Assembly (NCBI GenBank): GCA_963727625.1
Contig: CAVSHR010000012.1
Location: 597,603-661,602, forward strand
Source of the DNA: an uncultured delta proteobacterium
GTDB taxonomy: Bacteria > Desulfobacterota > Binatia > UBA9968
Length of the DNA: 64,000 nucleotides
Direction of reading: 5' to 3'
Numbering within the stretch: position 1 is the first letter of the stretch; every line of letters starts with the position of its first letter. Both the position numbers and the translations under genes were made by a program. This document shows, piece by piece, positions 39,507-48,517 of this stretch. The notes under the pieces are model-generated. The model worked only from the letters and a program-made list of their open reading frames with translations. It made no database searches and was not told the origin of the DNA.

Positions 39507-40616
39507 TCAAATCAGCTGCTTCAGTGCCTTGGAAAGAATTTCGACGCTTTGGACGCGCGCGCCGTGGCCCATCAGGCCGACGCGCCAGATTTTCCCTTTA
39601 AGCGGCCCCAGGCCGGCGCCGATTTCAATATTGAAGTCATCGTAGAGGCGCCGGCGCACCTTGGCGTCATCAACGCCGTCGGGGATTTTCACCGCGTTGA
39701 TCATCGGCGCGCGGATCGCTTCGGCAACCGCCGGCTCGAGCTCGAGCTTATGCATTTCGCGCACGAAGGTCTCGTGCACCTGGCGGTGGCGCTGCCAAGC
39801 TTTCTCCAAGCCTTCTTCAAGCACGATGCGCAGCGCTTCGTGCAAAGCGTAGTTCATCGAGATCGGCGCGGTGTGGTGATAGACCCGCTCGCTGCTCCAG
39901 TATTTTTCGATCATCGACAAGTCAAGATACCAACTCCGCACTTTCGTCTTTCGCCGGCGCACGACTTCGACCGCGCGGTCGCTGAAAGTCACCGGCGACA
40001 AGCCCGGCGGGCAGCCCAAACATTTCTGTGTGCCGCTGTAACAGGCGTCGATCCCCAGCTCGTCGACTCGGACCGGCGCGCCGCCCAGCGAAGTCACCGC
40101 ATCGACCAGAAGCAAAGCGCCGCTTTCGCGCACAACCTTGGCGATTTCATCGAGCGGTTGGAGCACGCCCGTCGAAGTTTCGGCATGAACGATGGCGGCG
40201 GCCTTGTACTTTTTCTTGGCCAAAGCGGCTTTGAATTGTTGCGCGTCGAGCGCCGTGCCCCACTCCGCTTCCACGGTATCGGCCACCGCGCCGCAGCGCT
40301 GCGCCACATCGACCATGCGCGTGCCAAAGACGCCGTTGACGCCGATCAATACACTGTCGCCGGGCTCGAGCAAATTGACGAAACAGGTCTCCATGCCGGC
40401 GCTGCCGGTGCCGGACATCGGCAGCGCCAAACGATTTCTGGTCTGAAACACCTCACGCAGCATGGCCATGCTCTGATCCATGATTTCCAAAAACTTCGGA
40501 TCGAGATGCCCAACCACGGGCAGGGAAAGCGCTTCGAGCACGCGCGGATTGACCGGGCTGGGTCCCGGTCCGAGCAACGTGCGAATCGGCGGATTGGCTT
40601 TGGGTGCTGCTGACAT
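39507..40616 (-). CDS. Alanine-glyoxylate/serine-pyruvate aminotransferase (class V PLP)
   Basis: [39 protein letters not shown]. Confidence 0.93.
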   Translation of the reverse strand: MSAAPKANPPIRTLLGPGPSPVNPRVLEALSLPVVGHLDPKFLEIMDQSMAMLREVFQTRNRLALPMSGTGSAGMETCFVNLLEPGDSVLIGVNGVFGTRMVDVAQRCGAVADTVEAEWGTALDAQQFKAALAKKKYKAAAIVHAETSTGVLQPLDEIAKVVRESGALLLVDAVTSLGGAPVRVDELGIDACYSGTQKCLGCPPGLSPVTFSDRAVEVVRRRKTKVRSWYLDLSMIEKYWSSERVYHHTAPISMNYALHEALRIVLEEGLEKAWQRHRQVHETFVREMHKLELEPAVAEAIRAPMINAVKIPDGVDDAKVRRRLYDDFNIEIGAGLGPLKGKIWRVGLMGHGARVQSVEILSKALKQLI

Positions 40617-40643
40617 AACGATTCCTCGCAAAAAATTTACATT

Positions 40644-41531
40644 CTATCTCTCGGCCTTGACGTGCAGCTCCATGCTGCCGATCTTTTCAATCGTGCCATG
40701 CAGATGATCGCCGTCGTTGAGCTTGCTCACCCCCGCCGGCGTGCCGGTGGTGATCAGGTCGCCCGGGCGCAACGTCAGACAGCTCGACAGGAAGCGGATA
40801 TGCTCGCGCAACCCACAGATCATGTCGCTCGTATGCGCGACCATGGCCTCCTTGCCGTTCTGCAATACCTTGATCGAAAGATTCTGCGGCTCGTCGATTT
40901 CATCGCGCGTCACGATCCACGGCCCCAGCGCGCTGAAAGTGTCGAAGCCTTTGCGAATATTGCGCGTGTTATGCATGCCCTTGCCCCAGGGATCGCGCTG
41001 GCTGATGTCCCAGCAGATCGTGTAACCGAACACATGGTCGAGGGATTGCGCTTCGCTGACTTTGCGCGCGCGCTTGCCGATGACGGCGCACAGCTCGCAC
41101 TCGAAATCCACCAGCTTGGAAATCTTCGGCAAGACAATCGTGTCGCCCGGACCGATGATCGACGACGTGGTCTTGAGGAAAAATTCCGCCATCAAGTCGT
41201 CTTTGTTCTTAATTTCCTTGTTGGCGCTGCCCATGCGGTCGACCATTTCCGCCCGGTGAGCGTAATAATTGGCCGCCGCCGCCCACAACGAGCCCGGATT
41301 GGTGATCGGCGCCAGGAGCTTCACCGAAAGTAAATCCTCGCCGCCCGAGCTGTTCGCCGCGTCCCGGGCGATTTGCATCGCCGCCGGATTGTTCGCCAGC
41401 GCGTCGATGATTTCCAGCATGGTATAACCCTGGCGCGCCAGACCGGCCTTGATCATGCTGTCGCCGATATTGACAACCTTATTGCCAACCACGACGCCCG
41501 CTTGATTATTGTTATAATGACAAACCTTCAT
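40644..41531 (-). CDS. Fumarylacetoacetate hydrolase family protein
   Basis: ANY..H..E, FLK, DFECELCAVIGK, KGFDTF..LGPW, PGDLITTGTPAG. Confidence 0.92.
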   Translation of the reverse strand: MKVCHYNNNQAGVVVGNKVVNIGDSMIKAGLARQGYTMLEIIDALANNPAAMQIARDAANSSGGEDLLSVKLLAPITNPGSLWAAAANYYAHRAEMVDRMGSANKEIKNKDDLMAEFFLKTTSSIIGPGDTIVLPKISKLVDFECELCAVIGKRARKVSEAQSLDHVFGYTICWDISQRDPWGKGMHNTRNIRKGFDTFSALGPWIVTRDEIDEPQNLSIKVLQNGKEAMVAHTSDMICGLREHIRFLSSCLTLRPGDLITTGTPAGVSKLNDGDHLHGTIEKIGSMELHVKAER

Positions 41532-41791
41532 CGAGAACCTCCAAAATACCGAGATGGCGGACTTTTTTCTAATACCCGATGGCTCGGCCGATGTCCAACG
41601 CATCGTTGATGCCGTGATTTGCCAAGCAATCAGCGCGGCAAAACCGTCAACTTTCAGAAATCGATCATCGATGAATTTCCGCTGACAGGCACAAGGCTTG
41701 TAGTCTATTGATCCTCACGTTCAATTTAAATCATCGAGCGGTGTCGCAATCGGAGAAATAACGAATTTCAGCCGTTGAGAAGGTTACATCC

Positions 41792-42601
41792 ATGGAACTA
41801 AGCAAAACCATGCAAACAGTTATGGATATCGGGATCGTCGTCGGTTTCAGGGTCGTCGGCGCGATTGTCTTTTATTTGGTGGGCCGGTGGCTTATCAGCT
41901 TCGCCATTCGCCTGGTCTCGGCCGCACTGGAAAAGCAAAAAGTCGATCCCACCCTCCTGCGTTATATCGGCACGGTGATCTCGGTCACTCTGAATATCAT
42001 CTTGGTCGTCGCGATACTCGGCTATTTTGGCGTCGAGACAACCAGTTTTGCCGCGATCTTGGTGGCCGCCGGCGTCGCCATCGGAATGGCCTGGAGCGGG
42101 CTCTTGGCCAATTTCGCCGCCGGTGCGTTCATGATCGTTCTCCGGCCGTTTAAAGTCGGCGACTTTGTGACCGCAGGGGGAACAACGGGAACGGTTAAGG
42201 AAATCGGATTGTTCGTCACGGCGATCGTCACCCTGGAGAACGTTGTGACGTTGGTCGGAAACAACAAGATCTTTTCCGACGTCATTCAAAACTTTTCGGC
42301 CAATCCGTACCGCCGCGTTGATCTTAAAGCGCAGCTGTCGCACTCCGTGGACCATAACGATGCGATCCGTAGATTAAAAGAACAGCTGAGTAATATTCCC
42401 AATGTGACAACGAATCCCGCGCCGGACGTTGAGATCCTTGAGTTCAACCTTGCCGGCCCCATGCTCGCCGTCCGCCCCTACTGTCACACGGATCATTACT
42501 GGCAAGTTTACTTTGACACCAACAAAGTGATTCGCGAAACCTGCGGCGCCGCGGGTTACCCGGTCCCGGAACAGCACTTCGTGGTTCGTAGTCAAGCCTA
42601 G
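41792..42601 (+). CDS. mscS: Small-conductance mechanosensitive channel
   Basis: G.ETTSFAA..AAGVAIG.A..G.L.NFAAG....RPFKVGD. Confidence 0.92.
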   Translation: MELSKTMQTVMDIGIVVGFRVVGAIVFYLVGRWLISFAIRLVSAALEKQKVDPTLLRYIGTVISVTLNIILVVAILGYFGVETTSFAAILVAAGVAIGMAWSGLLANFAAGAFMIVLRPFKVGDFVTAGGTTGTVKEIGLFVTAIVTLENVVTLVGNNKIFSDVIQNFSANPYRRVDLKAQLSHSVDHNDAIRRLKEQLSNIPNVTTNPAPDVEILEFNLAGPMLAVRPYCHTDHYWQVYFDTNKVIRETCGAAGYPVPEQHFVVRSQA

Positions 42602-42836
42602 CCTAAGGCGCATCCTGACGCCGCGGTCGATTCGCAGGGATTCGAGCCGGCCGCGTTGCCACCGGCGATTGCGACGACAAAATGAGTCGGCATCCGGCCG
42701 TTAACCGGGCGGCAGGCTTCTGGCTTTCACTCGTCCTCGAAACACCCTCCGCGGAATCGCTCGCGCAGTTTGACGTTCCACGCCTCCTCAGCATATGTAG
42801 AAGTCAACAACGCTGCAAAACAGGAATCGCGCACGC

Positions 42837-43868
42837 ATGTTGAATCTCAAAGTCGGATTGACCAAAAATCCCCGCTTCGAGCCTATGGTCGACGGCACCG
42901 TCAAGTCGCCGGAGGTCAATCTCGACATCGTCGTCACCACGCCGCCGGAACTATTTTACCGCAACCTCAAAAACGACGAGTTCGATGTGTTCGAGATGTC
43001 GCTTTCCGAATATCTCATCGCCCGCGAGCGCGCCAAAGGCGAGCATTGGCAGTGGCGCGCCTTGCCGATCTTTCCCGCCAAAGCGTTCGTCTGGCTCGGC
43101 CTTTTCATCAACACCGCCGCCGGCATCAACACCCTGGCGGATCTGAGCGGCAAGCGCGTCGGCGTTCCCGATTACGTCATGACCGCCGCGCTGTGGTTCC
43201 GGGTTTTTTTGCGCGAGCTCCACGGCATCGAATCCCGGGAGATCTCCTGGTTCATCGGCCGCACCCAGGACCTAAGCCACGGCGGCGTGCTTGACGTCGT
43301 GGCCAAGCCGCCGCCGGGTGTTTCATTGACCTGGCTGACTTCCGCGCAAACCTTCGACGTCATGCTCGACCGCGGCGAGCTCGACGCCGCCTACGGTTTC
43401 GCGCCGCGCCATGATCCGAAATTGTTCACGCTTAACATCGACCGTTACGGCGGCACGCCGCTCGACGGCAACCCGCGCCTGGGAAAACTTTTTGCCGACG
43501 GCGGCTGCGCCGCCGTCAAAGCCTTCTTTCAAAAAACCGGCGTCGTGCCGGCAAACCACGTGATTGTCGCGCAGCGCCGCGTGCTTCAAGCCAACCCCTG
43601 GCTCGGCGCCGAGTTGATGCGGCTGTTTAGCGAAAGTAAGCGCATTGCATATGAGAGAAGTAACTTTGGCGCGCCATCCTATCTTTATTTCGACGCCATG
43701 GATCGCGCGGCGCAAGAAGCCATGGTCGGCGACGATCCATTCCCGTTCGGTATTGCCAAGAACCGTTCGATGCTGGAAATGCTTTTCCGGAACTCTCATG
43801 CCGAAGGGTTGACGCAGAATCTGGCAAGAATCGACGAAGTCTTCGAGCCCTCGTTACAAGATAGCTAA
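42837..43868 (+). CDS. 4,5-dihydroxyphthalate decarboxylase-like protein (periplasmic-binding-protein fold)
   Basis: FDVFEMSLSEY, ALPIFP, DL.GKRVGVPDY.MTAALW.R, GELDA, P.NH, DPFPFG...NR. Confidence 0.8.
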   Translation: MLNLKVGLTKNPRFEPMVDGTVKSPEVNLDIVVTTPPELFYRNLKNDEFDVFEMSLSEYLIARERAKGEHWQWRALPIFPAKAFVWLGLFINTAAGINTLADLSGKRVGVPDYVMTAALWFRVFLRELHGIESREISWFIGRTQDLSHGGVLDVVAKPPPGVSLTWLTSAQTFDVMLDRGELDAAYGFAPRHDPKLFTLNIDRYGGTPLDGNPRLGKLFADGGCAAVKAFFQKTGVVPANHVIVAQRRVLQANPWLGAELMRLFSESKRIAYERSNFGAPSYLYFDAMDRAAQEAMVGDDPFPFGIAKNRSMLEMLFRNSHAEGLTQNLARIDEVFEPSLQDS

Positions 43869-43887
43869 AATAGATAAAGGAGAGCCC

Positions 43888-44985
43888 ATGACCGTCCGAT
43901 TTCCCACCGTCGACGCCGACGGCCATCTCGAAGAAAACCATATTGATTGGAAAGACCGATTACCGGACCAATACAAGGACCAGGCGCCGGAGCGCCGGCC
44001 AAGCGGCAACGGCCAGCTGCGCACGATCATCGAGGGCAAAGCCTGGCCGCGTCCGGGCGGTTTGGGCATCGGCGTCGGCGGACCGTATAGCCGTCCCCAT
44101 CCGCGCCGGCCCGGGATGACCGATCCCAAAGCGCGCCTCGCTGACATGGACAGTGAAGGCATCGACGTCGCCGTTCTATTCGGTGCCGGCCTCGCCGGCA
44201 CGCTGCCCGCTCTCGACGACGCCGGCCTCGCCGCCGCCCTCGCCACCGCGCGCAATACCTGGGTCGCGGAATACTGCGCCGCGGATGCGAAGCGGATCAA
44301 AGGCACCGCGGCTCTGGCGCAGCAAGATAGCGATGCCTGTGTCGCGGAACTCCGCCGCAGCGTGACTGAACTAGGCTTCGTCGGCGCCTCGCTTTTTCCC
44401 AATGTCAAAGGCCGCCACCTCGGCGATCCGTTTTACTTTCCTCTCTATGCCGAAGCGGAGCGTTTAAATGTACCCATTTGTGTCCATATGTTTTTGGGCC
44501 GTTACGGCTCCGACGCCACCGGCACCGAGCGCGTCGATAAGTTTTTCTATTCGCATCTCGTCGGCCACCCTTTCGAGCAAATGATCGCACTCTCGGTGAT
44601 CATCGGTGAAGGCGTGCTCGAGCGTTTTCCCAAGCTACGTTTCGTTTTTTTGGAATCGGGCTGCGGCTGGATCCCCTACTGGCTCGAAAGAATGGACGAG
44701 CACTACGAAGTTCTCGGCGTCCAGTTGCCTGCGCTCAAAACCGCGCCGAGCAAACTTCTCGAGCGCGGCCAACTCTATTTTTCCTGCGAGCCGGACGAGA
44801 AAGAACTCGCCCACGTCGTCGAGTGCATCGGTGACGATTGGATCGTCTTCGCCTCCGACTACAGCCACTTTGATAGCCGCTTTCCCGGCGCCTCGGAACC
44901 GATCGTCAATCATCCCAAGCTCGGCGATTCGTCGAAGCGCAAGATTTTGAACGACAACGCGCGCCGGCTCTATCCGTTGGACTAA
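43888..44985 (+). CDS. Amidohydrolase_2 family protein
   Basis: VDADGHLEE, DMDSEGID, ERFPKLRFVFLESGCGW, ASDYSH. Confidence 0.9.
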   Translation: MTVRFPTVDADGHLEENHIDWKDRLPDQYKDQAPERRPSGNGQLRTIIEGKAWPRPGGLGIGVGGPYSRPHPRRPGMTDPKARLADMDSEGIDVAVLFGAGLAGTLPALDDAGLAAALATARNTWVAEYCAADAKRIKGTAALAQQDSDACVAELRRSVTELGFVGASLFPNVKGRHLGDPFYFPLYAEAERLNVPICVHMFLGRYGSDATGTERVDKFFYSHLVGHPFEQMIALSVIIGEGVLERFPKLRFVFLESGCGWIPYWLERMDEHYEVLGVQLPALKTAPSKLLERGQLYFSCEPDEKELAHVVECIGDDWIVFASDYSHFDSRFPGASEPIVNHPKLGDSSKRKILNDNARRLYPLD

Positions 44986-44995
44986 AGGAGATCTC

Positions 44996-45946
44996 ATGTT
45001 TTCGAAAACTCGCCTATATATGAGTGGTCTCGGCGTATTGCTCTTATCGACTCTATTTGCGCTGCCGCCCGCCCGCGCCGAGACCATCAAGATTGGCCTG
45101 CCTTCGGTCACGATAACCGCCATGCCGTTCTTCGTCGCGAAAGAGCACGGCTTCTTTCAACAGGAAGGTCTGAACGCAGAGATGGTGGTCATGCCCGCCT
45201 CGCTTAATATCAAAGTGCTCTTGGCCGGCGAAATTCAGTACGCCGCGACCATCGGCTCCGCCGTCGCCGCGGCGATTCGCGGCGTCAATGTGAGGACCGT
45301 CATGTTATTCGTCGACCGGCCGCTGCAGGATCTCGTCGGCGCATCGGGCATTAATAAGATCGCAGATCTAAGGGGCAAAGTGCTAGCGATCTCGTCGCGC
45401 GGCGGATTGCAAGATATCATCATGCGGCGCATCCTCACCCAGGCGAAAATCGATCACAACCAAGTTACGCTCGTCACGATCACGGGACAAAGCGCTCTGA
45501 TCACCGCGCTTAAAACCGGACGTGTCGCCGCCGCCCTGCTCAATCCGCCGTATAATTTTCTGGCCTATCGCGAGGGATTGAACAATCTCGGCTTTTCCGG
45601 AAACTTCGTGCGCCTGCCGAGCACTGGCATCGCGACGCTGGAAGAAACCCTCAAACGCTCACCCGACCAGGTGCGCCGTTTGCTCCGCGCCGTCGCTCGT
45701 GCTCGCGCCTTCGCCAAAGACAACAAGGCAAAAGTTTTTCCCACTCTCAAGCGCGCGCTGCGCATCGACGATGAAGAACTGCTATCGAAAATCTACGACC
45801 AGCATAAAAAAGTTGAAACGCTCGACGGCCGAATCGACGCCAAATTAGCCGCCGACACGATCCGCGACGCGCGTCAAACCCAAGGCGTCACCAAAGAAAT
45901 CCCGATCAATCAGGTCTTCGATTTTTCCTACTTGCCGCCGCGTTAG
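44996..45946 (+). CDS. ABC transporter substrate-binding protein (NMT1/THI5/SsuA-like)
   Basis: Signal peptide; VAKEHGFFQQEGL, IADLRGK. Confidence 0.88.
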   Translation: MFSKTRLYMSGLGVLLLSTLFALPPARAETIKIGLPSVTITAMPFFVAKEHGFFQQEGLNAEMVVMPASLNIKVLLAGEIQYAATIGSAVAAAIRGVNVRTVMLFVDRPLQDLVGASGINKIADLRGKVLAISSRGGLQDIIMRRILTQAKIDHNQVTLVTITGQSALITALKTGRVAAALLNPPYNFLAYREGLNNLGFSGNFVRLPSTGIATLEETLKRSPDQVRRLLRAVARARAFAKDNKAKVFPTLKRALRIDDEELLSKIYDQHKKVETLDGRIDAKLAADTIRDARQTQGVTKEIPINQVFDFSYLPPR

Positions 45947-45950
45947 CCCG

Positions 45951-46091
45951 GTAGGAGGGGTGGAGCCCTTCGGCTTTGCGCAGGACGGGCTTCGCGACAC
46001 CCCATCGTATTTTTTCTTGCGCCTTTGACTTGTGTGCGATTGACGCGGAGCGGAACGATGGGTTTCGGCGCTGCGCCTCTACCCATCCTAC
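45951..46091. repeat. REP doublet (REPIN-like) element, copy 1, left flank of DGR
   Basis: GTAGG...CCTAC inverted ends, 141 bp; homologous over its whole length to 49441-49581; a further REP half begins at ~46128. Confidence 0.75.
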
Positions 46092-46196
46092 ACCGGTCAC
46101 GATGTCTCTTCGCTCCCCGTAGTCCCCGTAGGATCGGTGGAGCGCAGCGATACCCATCAATCCGATGCCAGTCATCTTTCTCCGAAATCGCTTCCG

Positions 46197-47714
46197 TCAC
46201 TCTCTCCCCGGCTTGCCCAATCGACTGGGAGGAATGCGGCCATTCGCCGTTTCCAACCGCCAGGCTGGCAACCGCATCTGGACACCCGTGAGATAGGATT
46301 TGCTCTCCAGGATTGCGGCAACGGACCGTCCGGCCCTGAGCAACTTTCGAAGATAGCGAGCCCTCAGGCGGACCGGGAAGCCGTAGCGGCCACCCCTCGG
46401 GTTCGCTCCGATCGGCGCGAGGTCAAGCAGGTGCGCGGCGTCGTCATCGCGCTCGTCGTAGAATTCGAAGAAGCATCCCACCTGAAATAACACCACGTCG
46501 CCGCGAAAGCGCCAGCGGTAATAGCGATATTGCTGCGCCGTGCGGCGCAACCAGCGGGGCGCTTTGTAGGTGCGCGTGAGTTTACGTTCGTCGAGATCAA
46601 ACTTGAAGTACTGGCCGAGCCAAGTTTCTCGCTCCCAGAGCGAGCGCCAGAGGTCGTAAGTGTTGGCCATCTTCGAATGGCCGAGATAAGAGCAAAGCGT
46701 CGCAAACAGCCTATCGAGTAGTTCTTCATCGAAGCGGTAGCGCCGCCAGTAGCGGCCCTCGCGAACCAGCTCTGCTTTGTATTGCCTTAGTCTGAGTTTG
46801 ATGTTGCTGACCACGCGCCGGCGCCGCAAGAGGTAATCCCGCCGCGCGATGTAACCAACGAAGTCCACCCCGTCGCTCACCGGCCTGAGCCGCGTGCGCT
46901 TGGCGTTGAGTTCGAGCCGGAGATTCTCCCGCAGATACTCGGCGATCCGGCCCTGCCAGTCGACTAGCTTTTCTCGCTCCGCCGCCAGCAGCACAAAGTC
47001 GTCGCAGTAACGCAGATAGTGGCGGCATTTGAGGGTGTGCTTGACGAAATGATCGAAGCCGGTGAGATACACGTTGGCAAAGAACTGGCTGTTGAGATTA
47101 CCGATCGGCAGTCCCTTGTTCTTCGGCGCGCCGAACAGGGTTTTGTGCGGCGGTACCTGGGCGCGCATGCCCGCCGGTCCTTTGTAGACATAGTCCTCGG
47201 TGCAGTCGTGGTAGATCAGCACTTTCGCAAGCCAGAGCGCGTCCGTATCGGCGCATCTCACCTCCACTTGCGCGAAGAGAATATCCCGGTCGATGCTCAT
47301 GAAGTAGTTCTGAATATCGAGCTGGAGATACCAAGCCCGGCGCGTGCCGTTGACGCTGACCTGGCGGATGAACGTTTGCAGTCTCCGCACCGCCGCGTGT
47401 ACGCCTCGACCGTGGCGGCAGGCGTAGGAGTCGTGGATGAACAGCGGCTCCCAGATGCGCTCCAGGTAATCGACCAGTACGTGATGAACGACACGGTCGC
47501 GGAAGTCGGCGGCGAAGATTTCCCGGAGCTTGGGACCCGGCGCGAAAAAGCAGACGGAACGAGAGGGGATATAAGTGTGGTTGACAAGCGCTTCGCGTAA
47601 GGCGAGCAGGTTTTCCTCCTGGCGCGCCTCGAAGCGCAGGGCGTTTAAGGTATTTCGTTTGTTGCGCCGGCAAAGATGATATTGCCGGTAGAGATTCTCA
47701 AACGAAAATAGCAA
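46197..47714 (-). CDS. DGR reverse transcriptase with C-terminal MutS domain I-like extension
   Basis: K.REIFAADFRDRVVHH, SYACR.G.G.H, LDIQNYF.SI, GLPIGNLNSQ (DGR-type GxxxSQ), YLRYCDDF, GVDFVGY; tail VLFQVGCFFEFY...GFP...YLRKLLRAG.SVA. Confidence 0.95.
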   Translation of the reverse strand: MLFSFENLYRQYHLCRRNKRNTLNALRFEARQEENLLALREALVNHTYIPSRSVCFFAPGPKLREIFAADFRDRVVHHVLVDYLERIWEPLFIHDSYACRHGRGVHAAVRRLQTFIRQVSVNGTRRAWYLQLDIQNYFMSIDRDILFAQVEVRCADTDALWLAKVLIYHDCTEDYVYKGPAGMRAQVPPHKTLFGAPKNKGLPIGNLNSQFFANVYLTGFDHFVKHTLKCRHYLRYCDDFVLLAAEREKLVDWQGRIAEYLRENLRLELNAKRTRLRPVSDGVDFVGYIARRDYLLRRRRVVSNIKLRLRQYKAELVREGRYWRRYRFDEELLDRLFATLCSYLGHSKMANTYDLWRSLWERETWLGQYFKFDLDERKLTRTYKAPRWLRRTAQQYRYYRWRFRGDVVLFQVGCFFEFYDERDDDAAHLLDLAPIGANPRGGRYGFPVRLRARYLRKLLRAGRSVAAILESKSYLTGVQMRLPAWRLETANGRIPPSRLGKPGRE

Positions 47715-47727
47715 GGGCGATCATTAT

Positions 47728-47854
47728 CCAGGGCGGACGGCCCAACCGTAGTTGTTGTTGTCCTTGTTGTCGTTGTCCTGGTTGCCATTGTCGAAGTTGA
47801 AGTCCCACGCGTTGTTGGTATTGAACTCCGTACCCGACCAGTAGTCGGACTGAA
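47728..47854 (-). ncRNA. DGR template repeat (TR)
   Basis: 127-bp AAC/GAC-rich repeat between avd and RT; ungapped match to 48612-48738 with 18 of 21 mismatches at TR adenines (manual alignment). Confidence 0.95.
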
Positions 47855-48020
47855 CGGATTGTCTACCCACTTTGTCCGCAAAAGCCCGCGCCTTTGCGCC
47901 ACCGGGCGCAAATCCCGTGTCGGGTATCGCGTCCTGCATCGCCATGCCCGCGGCTCGCACCGCCGCCGGGCGGGGTAGACGCACAATGATTCGAATTGGC
48001 TCGCTCATCCGGACCAGACG

Positions 48021-48410
48021 TTAAGCGCCTGGCGTCGCCGGGTGATTCTGGCCCCCCTGCGCACGACCACCGACACTCCGTATCCACCCCTCGTTCTGTC
48101 TGCTTATTGAAACGATTTCCTGGACCACGAATTGATAGGACTTGAAACTCTTAAACGCTCGCACTTCCTTGGCCAGACGCACCAGAATCATTAGCTCCTC
48201 AAGCTGCTCGCTGAGTTTTATTAGCGACGCCGACTTATCGCGCATGGAGTTGGCCTTGACGATCAAACCGACGACTTCGCGGCTTTTATTGCGCAGCTCA
48301 GTGCCGAGCGTGTACTTGTGATAACGCGAAAATCCCGCCACCACCTTCTCGAAGTGCACCGCCGTGTCCATTGCCTGCTTGTAGATCGGCAAATGCTCGT
48401 AACGGGCCAT
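48021..48410 (-). CDS. avd: Avd-like four-helix-bundle accessory protein
   Basis: Small basic protein, LPIYK....F....KYTLG.ELR, L.RLAK, C-terminal GW; lies directly upstream of TR. Confidence 0.85.
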   Translation of the reverse strand: MARYEHLPIYKQAMDTAVHFEKVVAGFSRYHKYTLGTELRNKSREVVGLIVKANSMRDKSASLIKLSEQLEELMILVRLAKEVRAFKSFKSYQFVVQEIVSISRQNEGWIRSVGGRAQGGQNHPATPGA

Positions 48411-48419
48411 AAAAAAGTT

Positions 48420-48478
48420 GGGGACGACCAGAGCCGTCCCCTTTAAGAAACTTAACTCAGCAGGGGGTTTCCCCCTGC
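48420..48478 (-). other. Two GC-rich hairpins downstream of the DGR target gene (candidate cruciform/terminator)
   Basis: Minus strand GCAGGGGG-AAA-CCCCCTGC (48460-48478) and GGGGACGGC-TCTG-GTCGTCCCC (48420-48441). Confidence 0.6.
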
Positions 48479-48517
48479 ACCCCCGAAGAAAATTATCGAA
48501 TCACCCGAATAACCCAA

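Noticed and set aside
46197-47714. RT as group II intron, retron or CRISPR-associated RT
   Set aside because: GxxxSQ motif, adjacent avd and an A-specific TR/VR pair identify it as DGR-type; no intron domain V/VI or cas genes seen.
47724-48008. 94-aa ORF spanning the TR
   Set aside because: It is the translation of the template repeat and its leader; TRs are typically open because of AAC codons and function as RNA.
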